Assembly (NCBI GenBank): GCA_000320545.1
Contig: ADNK01001096.1
Span: forward strand, 1-33,767
Reading direction: 5' to 3'
From: Bigelowiella natans CCMP2755
Taxonomy: Eukaryota > Protista > Cercozoa
DNA length: 33,767 bases
The notes beneath the pieces are model-generated. The model did no database searches. It had not been told where the DNA came from and saw only the letters and a program-made list of their open reading frames with translations. How positions within the stretch are numbered: the first letter of the stretch is position 1; each line of letters begins with the position of its first letter. Shown piece after piece: positions 11,268 to 22,326 of this stretch. The position numbers and the translations under genes were made by a program.

Positions 11268-13937
11268 ATGTCCGGGACATTGGATCGCCAATCGACGGCC
11301 ATCGAAGTGGGGCCCCTTATCCGTAAGCAGAGTGTGGCTCCTTCCGAACGCGTCGACTTCGACAATCCGCCGAAATCAGAGCAGGTCGTAGTGCCATGGG
11401 CGTTACCCTCCGTGCGAATGAAGAACACTGAAAACGATCCTATTATTCCTAGGTGAAAGGGATTATTGCAATTCTTGTGGGTGGCTTGATATTCTCAGCA
11501 TCCTCGGCGTTGGTCCATTTCTCGGCAAGGATTCCTCCTATGCAGCACCTCGTGTTCCGCTCTATATTCGGGGTGAGTCAGCTGCCACATCTTTCCCATG
11601 GAATTTTTTGTTCTTCGATATACCCTCCAATATTTTGTGTGATATCAGATTATAGTTGTCGGCGCCAGCCTTCTATGGCAGGGCAAGCCGTTGCTCGGTA
11701 ACCATTTCCTCTCACTATCTTTGATGTGGAGAGTGGTTATTCAAAGCTCGTCTAAATTAATCTCGTTTTCCCCAACAGGTCAAGGGAAGGCCATGCCGTG
11801 GATTCACTTCCGAGGCTTGATTACTGGGCCAGCGCTTTGGTAACATTAATTGTCGCTTCACGATTGATTTTCGCTCCACGATTGATTTTCGCCCCAAATT
11901 ACATAAGCTCTTCCACCCTTGGTCTCCCCTTGCTTACAGTGTGTACTTTTTCGCGTTTGAATGGCTACCCCCGGCGAACGCAGTCACGATTTATTCTGCA
12001 ACTGGGTATTGTTTACCGTAATAGTAGATGCGGGGGTGCTCTATTGTGGGAACTCAACGCGAATTATTCTTTTTTGGAACAGTGTTGTCATTTGCTGGGT
12101 ACACAAAGGCAGAGAGTAAACACTCAGCGGCCTCCTTTGTACATATCTACTGTGCGTATGAATGATTGCGTCCCGCTTCTACTTGGTGTGATATGATCGT
12201 AGAGGATTCACGCTGGTGATCAACCATATATTTCTTGGAGAGCTACTGACGTGGATCCATATACCGTGCGTGGCGCTCTCAGTGCTTGGAGCAACGTTGA
12301 TCGCGCAGCCGACTTTCTTGGTTGGCGACCTCGGTATGTAGCAGAGTAGCCTCCTGATACTCCCACATTTACGTCTTTTTTGCCGCTGCTCTTCGCGTGC
12401 CCTTACCCCTAACACTCCGAAAACATCCCTTCGTTGCTGTTCTGATTTGTTTGCCGTTACGGGGCATGATTAATGTTTGGATATCTACAGCTGAAACTGA
12501 TGCTGGAGGCTGGGAGTATCTTTTCGCTATTGGAGGTACATACAGTGCATGGATTTGTTGTCAAAGACTTGTCAGAGGATATCAAACTTAATCCCTCTCC
12601 CTTTTTTACCAACGCAGGAGCGCTATTTATGTCTACACAGGCGTTACCGGTGAGAGAGCAAAATCTTGCTGCACAAAAAGCTTCAGAGGCTGGGGGTGGA
12701 GGAGGGCATTTGCTATTTTTTGCTGCTCCTCCTGTTTCCTTGGCTGCTACAAAATGCGTGAATGTGCGTGTGCATGTTTGCATTTAGACCCGAGTTGTCT
12801 GCCGCTACGGTCGTTTCAACGAGGAGATGCTCTTCTCTCTCTCTGTCATTGGGTAGGAAATTGAGAGAGGCATTAAACGAGCGAGATAAGGAATAGGGCC
12901 ATTCATGTGTAGTTGTTTTCTCAAACCTCACGCTGATTTGCCCATCGAGGGAGCTTTTAATTTCGAATATATATCCTCCGTCTACTGGAACCTGCTCGTT
13001 CTAGTCGATTCATCATTTCCTACACGTTTTTCCCCTTACCCAGGCTGCTTTCAGGCCTCGGCGTCATGCTTTTCGATGCGAAGCGTTCCTGGGTTCTACC
13101 TCCTTATGACATCATGTAAGTGACCAGAATCCTCCCATTTGCATTGCTCTTTCTTTTCTATGCCTCTGGTTCTTGCTCTCCTCCTCCTCATCCTTTTCCA
13201 TCTGTGCTTTGTCGCAACACTGCAACCTCCTTTCTGATCCTACCCACTCATCTTCAAAACATATCCAAACAAACATAGGGAGTGGGTCTCCATTGCAGCA
13301 ATTAGTATCGGTGGGCTTGTTATTCAAGGTGATAGTGTACGAGAGGACAGACGTCGTTGTAGCGCAAGCGTACAACTTAGTATTCGTGTGAGATTGGTGT
13401 TTCTTCATGGTTTTGCCGGATCGCCGACTTTCTAAAGCCTACTACTGTTTTCAATAACCCTTGCCCTCTGCTACACATAACCCACATACTAGCCACGTGC
13501 AACTACGCCATGGAGCGCCTGGAGGGCGGAGTCGTCGGGCTTGTTGTGCCCTGTGAGGTAGTCGAGTCAAAAGACGACTACACAAGTGAAATACATAAGC
13601 AGAAGATCTGCACCCCGGTGCTCTTCGATGTAGCAGCAGTTTGCCTCCCCTCGATTCATATGCGAGCAGAGAGGCTGTGTTGTTTGTGGTGAGGCACTGA
13701 CGAATCAAACGCAGGCTTTTCAACACTTGCTCCTGCGAATAGATATCTCTCAGCTTGGCTCATATTTCCATTGTATCTACAGGTGATCTGGGCCTTCATG
13801 TGGCAGATCTGTGTATTCCACCACCCCACGAATTTCATGGCGGTGAGTAATTGCCACGACACGCAACGCAGTGTGCTCGTAGTGTCATTCACAACTCGAT
13901 GCTCCGCGAAGGGCCGAATCGAGCATTAAAACAAATA

Positions 13938-13977
<40 letters not shown>

Positions 13978-14171
13978 TTGGTGGCTCAGATATCTGGGGC
14001 GTGTGTAGTGATCTCCTCTATTATCCTCATCAGCCTGGAGAAGTAAGTCATCAGTATGGTGGGCACGATGTGAATCGAGTTGTTGTGGCTCGAATAAACG
14101 CCCAACACTATATCGCCATTGCTCGTAATATCTATCCTATTCTTCAGAATGCTGGATCTAAGTGGAAGCCT

Positions 14172-14203
<32 letters not shown>

Positions 14204-14484
14204 GCAAGGAACAGGATAAGAATTTCTTGTCCTCGTCATTGCTATCGACTGTATCATCTTCAGCGGACCCTGTGGCAGATCTTGCTCGCTCTCGGCATAG
14301 TAGCGGCGACAGCATGGATGTGCAGCAAAGGGATGGAGGCAGAAAGTCAAGCAGCGGCAGCACTTCGCCGAAAAGAGGGAGAAATAAGTTCCAGGATCGA
14401 TGTCAATATCGATCTTTCTCCTTCGTAAGCAGCAGCGTAAGTGAGAGTAGTGTGTCTGAACCTTCAGTTGCTGAACACAGCTAA
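11268..14484 (+). CDS. EamA/DMT superfamily transporter (SLC35G-like), about 440 aa
   Basis: 15 phase-consistent GT-AG exons: 11268-11384, 11453-11572, 11649-11697, 11779-11839, 11940-12005, 12203-12333, 12491-12535, 12618-12649, 12788-12852, 13044-13115, 13279-13328, 13493-13557, 13783-13842, 13990-14042, 14148-14484. The product has about 10 hydrophobic helices with EamA motifs: IPPMQHLVFRSIFG, HFRGLI, YFFAFEWLPPANAVTI, IFLGELLT, LIAQPTFL, MERLEGGVVGLV..EVIWAFMWQICVF. Confidence 0.88.
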
Positions 14485-15094
14485 GAACATCGGGCGTCGC
14501 ATTACAACCACGAAGGTAAGGTCGGTAGAGGTACAATCCTCTCCAACTTGAGAATACGATGAATTATGAAAAATGAGTCCCCTAGCGGAGATGAGGTTGA
14601 TTTAGACTAAATCTAGCATGCATTGTGTCGTATGATGAATAAACAGTACCTCCCAAAATGGACAGGGCGTGGGGTTCAATAACCACGCTCATATAACCAT
14701 TCTTGCAATTTCTTCTACATAATTCACAAGGCACATAAGGATAACAGAAATCATTTTGTCCTTCCGCGCGTACGCACCACCCACGTACACGCACGCACGC
14801 TTGAACGTACGGACGTACATAATATGTAGAATTGCATTTGGAATGTATATGTATGTGTGTACGTATTCAATGCACACGCGCGCGCGTGCATACGTGTGCT
14901 GCGAGCTTGCATGATAGCGGTGCCATGCACATCCAGCACAATGTGAGACAGCATTGTTCTCTATCAGTTATGATAGGACATCACGATGCGTAGCGAGCAC
15001 TGTGCTGCAACATAGACAAAGCCTCTATTCGCATTGAGCGTAACAAGCATTTATATTAATTCAATGTCTTATATCATAATCATCACCATTACAT

Positions 15095-15398
15095 TCATTT
15101 CCTGTTCATCATTCCAAGTACCTGCAAAACAAGTAAGGAGAAATGGTAGTAAACACATCACATGAAAATAGTTAGCTGAAGAACACAACCGGGTAGGGAA
15201 AAAAAATAACAGCAACAAAGCGGAATAGGGAGGACAGCAGTTACAGCATAAGATCAAAGGAGCCAGGAAAGAGAAAGACCTGCGTAGAGCCGCTGTTCTT
15301 ATCAGCTTTACGCCTGGCTGCTCGATTCACAAATGTTCGAAACAGCTCGTGATATTGGAGGGCCTGAGTCATAAAATCGAAGTGATGGAAGTATCGCA

Positions 15399-15441
<43 letters not shown>

Positions 15442-17117
15442 ATGCGGCATGACCGGGCAGGTGATTACATTTACCAGCTCCTTATCTGACAAACTAAATT
15501 TGTTTGTGCTGTGTTGTGGTTGTTCACCTTGTCGCCCGTCGCCTTGGACAAATTCACGACAACACCTGGCAGTAGTTGCGCACAGGGTGGAAATAAGAGA
15601 GAGGGAGAGAGGAGGGGGGGGGGGGGAGAAATGTAGATTTTAAATTCTGGTATTCCCCGGTCAAACAACATTTAGCCCATGAATATGTACATCACGAGGG
15701 AGCCAGCGAGCGCACATGATCACAATTTAATGCACACACGATGTTCCTTACTTCTGGGTGAGAACGAGCAATAAAGCCCTGCTTCTAAAAAGTACGGGGT
15801 GTCATCGGGGCTCACCTAGGCACGCACACAAAACGAGTTTCAAGAGGCAACCAACAACGGCGACGATAACAACAGCATCAACAACAGGATGAGGAGGAAA
15901 ATTACCATCATCATCATTATCATCATCATTATCAACCACCACCGTCGCACCACGCCGTACCCGCACGTCGTAGAGAGAGTAGTCCCGACAGTCGAGAGCT
16001 TTGTGTGCCTTAACGACCATGTCGCTCATGATCTTTCTCAGCTTTGGTGATGTTTTAGCAGGCACGGTTGTCACAGTCTTTGCAAAGCCACTGGGAAGAC
16101 CCTTCAAGAAGGAAATGTAGGAGTAGTAGTAGTAGTAGTAGTAGTTGAGGAAGAGCAAGAGAAAGAAAGAGGAAGAACGTACGGAGTTGATTCAATCAGA
16201 TCGGTCTGGTATGAGGGCGGCGGGGTGGAAAGGTGATTTTTCATAGGTGATATACACTTCATACCTGCACCGAAAACCTCGAACGCAAAAACGCCAACCG
16301 CGCGTGCGTACACACACACGCACACACATACAAACACGTGCGCGCGCGAAAGCGGTATCTTCTCCTCCTCCTCCTTCTACCTTCTCGTCCTCTGATAGCT
16401 TGTCGGTGCTGGCACGGATTGGCCTTTCTTTCGGCAGATGGTACTCTATGCTCTCCACGACACGAACGTTACCTTCCTCGTCTGGATTGGAATAAATAAG
16501 TTCCATTCAACAACACACGCGTGTGACAAATGTAACTCGCATGTATGCTCGAGTGAACGCGAGCGTGTGTAATGGCGTGTATGATCGTTTTCTTCTATCT
16601 CCCATTTTCTCTCACTCTCTCTCTCTCTCTCTCCCCCCCCCCTCTTTCTTCCTTTCTCTATCTGTGCTCGCTACCCTCTACGGCAGCGATTCGCAACTCG
16701 CGGCCTAGGGGAATGAATTCCTCCGCAATAATCTGGTCGTCAAACTTGAACGCAGTGGCGACACCGGCGGCTATGTCTTCTGCCTTCGTGACTAAGCTCA
16801 CGCCTTTGTTATGGACAAACTTAGTGAGAGACTTTAATATATCTTCTATATAACATTGTTCCGCTAAATTCAGGACTTTTATCGCTGGCTTATTGCATGG
16901 CTGGCATTGAATTTGTCGCTGTCTACCCATTGAGTTATCTTCGCGGCACGGCTTCAGAATGAAGGGCGGCTGGAGACTTGGCGTTTCATTCTCTCCCTTC
17001 TTCAATACCTCGCCCTTAGGGACAGTCACGCCTGCATTATTCGCGTTTGTATGTCGCACGCGATTGAGTAAATGAGGCGAAGATAAGATTTAAATAAATA
17101 AGCGAATCATGCGTGTG

Positions 17118-17158
<41 letters not shown>

Positions 17159-17174
17159 TATGTGTGTGCTCTTG

Positions 17175-17235
<61 letters not shown>

Positions 17236-17531
17236 TTGTGTGTGTGTGTGCAAGACACCGCATTCTCTCCTTACCTGCTTGGGACATGATTGCACGTGTC
17301 ATGCCTTTGTGAGTAGTGAGAGCCATGGTCTCAGGGGCGTTCCCAACAAACGGGATGCCGAGGAGGTCGAGCAGCGAGCGATAAGTTGTCATACCGGGGT
17401 AGCAGAACATGTGCTAGGATGTTGTTGGTTTCACGACAGAGTACATATTAAAAACGGAAATAAATCAGAACACGACATCCCACAGACACCAGATACTTCG
17501 CAGCACACAACCGGCAATGAAAAACAGCAGC

Positions 17532-17606
<75 letters not shown>

Positions 17607-18007
17607 CGTACACATGAAACGTAAGATCTCTAAAGGCGAGGAAATGCAATTTTGCTTACCGGAACGCATGCATCGATGTTGAAAGAGGCCAGCTTTGCCA
17701 CGCCCTCGGCCTGACTGTAGCGCTTCGCCTTGGCGAGAGCGTCTTCCGAGAGGTCATCCGGAAAGCTCCATCGGGGCTCCTCCGTGTGTACACGTGCGTA
17801 GACGTATTCAAAAGCCTTCTTAGTTGTCGCATCTTTATATGTCCCATTAGCGCACTCAATGGCGTACTTCGTCGAGACGATGTTGTAGTATTCTGAGACG
17901 TCCGACCCGAACAGGTGCAAGACCCTCAGCCTCTTCTTCTGGGAGGAGCCATGCTCATCTCCGCTCTTCTGTTTCATCTCTTCGTTAACGAACGTTGTTT
18001 CGGGCAT
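15095..18007 (-). CDS. mysD: D-Ala-D-Ala ligase-like MAA amino-acid ligase (shinorine/porphyra-334 synthase type), about 391 aa
   Basis: 10 exons: 18007-17660, 17413-17275, 17031-16927, 16803-16675, 16481-16381, 16101-15961, 15815-15752, 15565-15528, 15363-15280, 15121-15095. MysD-type motifs: LRVLHLFGS..SEYY, WSFPDDLS, VPHMFCYPGMTTYRSLLDLLGIPFVGN, KP..EDNSMGVSLV, EEFIPLGRELR, AHKALDCRDYSLYDVR, PYFLEAGLYCSFSPRSVVV. Confidence 0.93.
17118..17251 (+). repeat. Compound (TG)n(CT)n(TG)n microsatellite in mysD intron 2
   Basis: Directly visible. A similar (CA)n(GA)n array lies at 17533-17600 in intron 1. Confidence 0.95.
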
Positions 18008-18518
18008 TGTTTGAGTGTGGAGTGTGTGTGTTTGTGCTCAGCGCCGGGTGAGGTAGCAAAGCACACGGATGGATTGTGTGGCCCTTCGCGCGTGTGGTCG
18101 CAAATGTGCCATCCGGTGTCCAAGAGAACTGGTAGCTGGGTTTTTGATCGTCCGAAGACCTGGATTCGCCGACGTTGGGCGCATATTCACATGTCGCTCC
18201 AAAAAAATCCCCGTTTCACTCTCCACGACCTCATCTCCGGGAAACAACCACGAGAACACGTTCGCTCTTCCAGGAAAACTCGAGAAAACCTCGATCAGCG
18301 TCGTCGCGGGCGACGTGCGTCTAGGAGCTTTGGCTCTGCCTGCTTGTCGCTGGTGTGAAGCGGCCTCCGTTCTGAGCGCGAGTTGTCCACCACACGTGAT
18401 GGCGAGGAGGAGAAAACAGAGGTGGTTTTTGAGCTTGTTTGCCCTGGAGGCGACGACCGCCATCCCGAATCTGGCGAAAAGAGCTCCCACGATCCCACGT
18501 GGCCACATCGCACGCGGT
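18008..18518. promoter_or_regulatory. Divergent intergenic promoter of mysD and the triple-SnoaL gene
   Basis: 511 bp GC-rich stretch, nearly free of microsatellites, between opposing ATGs. CACGTG boxes at 18393-18398 and 18496-18501. Confidence 0.5.
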
Positions 18519-18922
18519 ATGCCGGGCGCGTTCCTCTTCTGCCTCCTTGCATCGTCCGTCGCCGCCATCTTCGAGCCCAGGACCGAGCAGCAGAGCAACC
18601 CATATGGGCTCTTTCGCGGAGTGGCGGGAAACAGCGGCGCTCAGCAGTTCCAAGCATACTTCCTGAGGCAAGGCTGGCAGTTTGAGTCTGCCACTCCTTT
18701 TACGAATAACAGCTGCCTTAACAAAAGAAAGCTCCAGCCTCCGTCGGAGGGGGCGCCGCAGACCTTCTTGGATAAGTGCCCTGAATGGGTGATGAGGTAG
18801 AGATTCCGTGGCGCGTTGTCGTTGGTGCTTTCGGATCTACATGGCGCAGCGTTTATGATGATGATAATGAGGATGATGATAACAACAATGGCAATGAGAG
18901 TGCCATTATATACTTATATACA

Positions 18923-18954
<32 letters not shown>

Positions 18955-19867
18955 ACATAAATCATTACAGAACGACCGATGAGGTTTGGAACCTGGGACC
19001 TGAAAACAGAAACAAATCCATGGAGAGGTTCGTGCCGACGAAATTGCGGAGCAAGAAGGAGGGTTAGAGTAGGGTGGGGATGAACGAGGCGCAAAGATGT
19101 CGAATTCCGTCTCCACTGACAGTCAATGCTCGATGCGGGTTGCATCTTGAGCTAATATCCGCTTGGCGGTAGCAGGCAAATATCCCATGTTTTCAATCGT
19201 CCAGAGCTACGATCATCTCGTTCGCTGCCATTTGTCATCATCATCATCATCATCAGCAGCAGCATCATCATTGTCACCGTCATCGCCACCATAATTACAT
19301 ACACGCACGTGTTAAGGTACTTCCACCCGAACTTCACATCTCACTACTCCTTCGGTCGCTCATACACTGGAATACCGGCCTTGAAAGAGACGGTTGCGAG
19401 TACAATCAAAGCCTATCCAGGTACTGCTTTCTCTTTAGATCTTGGGCAAAACCAACAGTGGGGACAGGACAGCAAAGAACGAGCATTAGGGGAGAATGCA
19501 TGCTAAACCTTCGACCCTCACCCCTCCCCTGCCGCCTCCTTATCCGTTTTTCCATAAATAGATCTCAAGATATACGTAACAGACTGCTTTTGTGTCGGAA
19601 ACGATATCGATGGCTATAAAACGGTAAGCTGTTATGCTCATACATGGGCATGTTTCTCTCATCTTTCCAAAGCTGGTGTATTTTTGTTATGTGGAATGTC
19701 TCCTCGCTCTCCTGGCTCCTCTCATCCTCGTTCTTGCCCCCCCCCCCCCCCCCCTCTCCCCTCTCGCAGGGGATGCCGGATGTATTGATTGGAACGAACA
19801 CAGGTCCCAGTGCTTATGGCCCTCCAACGGGGAAGGGAGCTCTCTCTCTCTCTCTCTCTCTCCCTCC

Positions 19868-19923
<56 letters not shown>

Positions 19924-21617
19924 ATTCTTCATTCTAATCACGCTCGGAGTAGACAACAACATCGCTTACGTTGCGTTTATCTATCTCCATCCACATTTTG
20001 TCTTCACCCGCCCGCTAAAACCCCTCCTCCTCCTCCTCCTCCTCCTCATCCTCCTCCTTCACCACCACCACCACCACCACCACCACCACCACCACCTCTC
20101 CCAGAGTTTTGCATACGGAGGGATCGCTGTAACTTACGTCAACCGGAACAAAGAGACGAAGGTGTGAGTTTTGATGAGAGAAGAAGTTATCATAGCGTGC
20201 AGTGTGCTGGTGGTGTGGTTTTGAAGAAAGTGCACCGCTGCTTCTACATTCTATCACTATTGCTCCCTACGTGTTGCGATGGAAGTAACAGACATCAACC
20301 GCCCTCACTCTTCGCTGACGGCGATGCTGTTATTAGGAATGGCAATACGTGGCCGAGTGGATCCAGCACGACGAGCTCAGCCTCGTAGCCCAACTCGGCA
20401 TCGATCTGAGCAAAGTAAGATCAGCAAGATGAAAAAGAAAAAGAGGAAGAAATGAAGGAGGGGGAGGAGGAGGAGGAGGAGGAGGAGGAGGGTATGGTAA
20501 CTGTCCGTCGAGATGCCAAAGTAACATATGCTTCATACATTCACATTTTCCAGGTCGAGCTTCCCAACACACACGCGAAACCGAATCATAATTGCGACGT
20601 CAATCGCCCTTCTTGGGGCTGGAAGGCTGGTACGCGGCCTCTTCGTGTGTGCCGTATGAGTCCGTCCTCCATTCTGTGTGCGCGTGTGCCTGCGTGTGTA
20701 TGTGTATGAATTGTATGGATGTGTATATTATGAGGGACAGGAGCAAATAGGAGGAAACGGTGCGATGAAGGAGGGCCATGTCGTCGTATATCGTCGTATT
20801 TAGAGTCCAAACATTTAATCGTCAAATCTTATTGTATTAGATGAGGGAGGGGATGACGACTCTGAGGAGATAAAGAGCAGCAGCAGCAGCATCAGCAGCA
20901 GCAGTATATTAGATCAGGGGCGCGATGTGGATCCAACCTTGCCGTTGGCCAAGGTGGTGGCCGCATAGTTGTAAGGAGAAGAATGAATCGTTGAGGAGAA
21001 GTAGTAGTAGTAATCGTATCTGGTTTTGTTTTACTTCGTCTTCAAGGCGAAACGAATGATACTTCGTGCCTCCCCTCCTCTTCATTCATCTCGCTGCTAA
21101 TGCTATGAATTCGGGGGGGGGGGGGGGTTAGGGGGGGGGGCAGCAGCTCTTCTTACCTTTACCCACACGTGTGACTTCTTGTGTATCGTACATATCTGTT
21201 CTGGGGTGTTGATCGATCGATCAGGGCTTGGTGAAGGGAATGGACAGCCTCATCAGCAACCACGTCAATTGCTGGGGTATTATCAATTACTAGTAGCTTA
21301 TTCACACAGAAATATGAAATATAGAAAATGTAAAAATCATACAGATCTACGTGTGTGACATGTCATCATCGACGATGCTATCATGTGTATGGGTGGTGTG
21401 AGCGTGAGCGTAGATTTGAAAGCAACCCGTTCCCCCCCCCCCCCCACCCCCATTATAGACTTCGACGCGTGGTCGGCAGCGATGAAGCCCTTCTGGGACC
21501 CTGACTTGATATACGACACGAATTGGACGCCTTATCCGAACGTGCTTGGAAACTCCTCCGGTGGCGAAAGATCATCACGAAATGATGCTTTGCATTTAAC
21601 AAGAAGAATTTAAAAAA

Positions 21618-21656
<39 letters not shown>

Positions 21657-22291
21657 CGCTCCATGTAGTCACGCCTGGGGGCTGGCCAGAGGCCTTAACG
21701 CCGTGTTGGATGACGTGTATCGACGTTGCTTTCTTTATCAATGGGGAAGGGCGAAGCCAGCATTGGGAGGGGTTTTTGGTTGGTGATAGCTCTTTTCGTC
21801 GCAACAAGCAGATATGTGGGATTGGAGGATCATATTCAATGATTGTGTGCAATGTTTCTTCTTCTTCTTCTTCTTCTTCTTCTTCTTCTTCCGGCTATGT
21901 TGCTGGTATGGAACAATACTGCAGGTCTACGCCCTTGGTTCGATCGGGAACACATTCCTTTCAACTTGGTTGTTGCGATGCCCCCTCCCTCCATTGTCTT
22001 TTTTGAAAGAAACCGCGACGATTATGCGATCTGAATGTGTTTTGTCTCCTCGAGCTAAAGGGGTCGATTTTGATAACAGTCTTTGTCGTCGCCTTTCTGT
22101 TTCATCTTCGTGCGAATACGCTACTGCTTTAGGCCTTCCGAAACTGCACCTTTAGCCAGATGATCTTTGCAGGTCAATAAGTACCGAACAGCTTCATGAT
22201 GATTCTCTCCCTCCCCCATCCCCCTCTGCGTCTCTTCCCTTCATGGTGAACAGCATCTGTGGAGATAGTGTGTGCAAGTCGTATTATTCAT

Positions 22292-22326
<35 letters not shown>

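Noticed and set aside
11853-11895. 18-bp direct repeat (CACGATTGATTTTCGC core x2) in transporter intron 4
   Set aside because: Simple local duplication with no spacers; not CRISPR or an element terminus.
15095-18007. Peptidoglycan D-Ala-D-Ala ligase (ddl) or bacterial contamination
   Set aside because: The motifs are MysD-type (VLHLFGS, PHMFC, EAGLYCSF rather than Ddl EVNTxPG), the gene has spliceosomal introns, and mysC is nearby.
18038-18685. Overlapping long ORFs in the mysD/SnoaL intergenic region
   Set aside because: These are GC-rich shadow frames; only the plus frame from 18519 (or 18399) splices into a recognisable protein.
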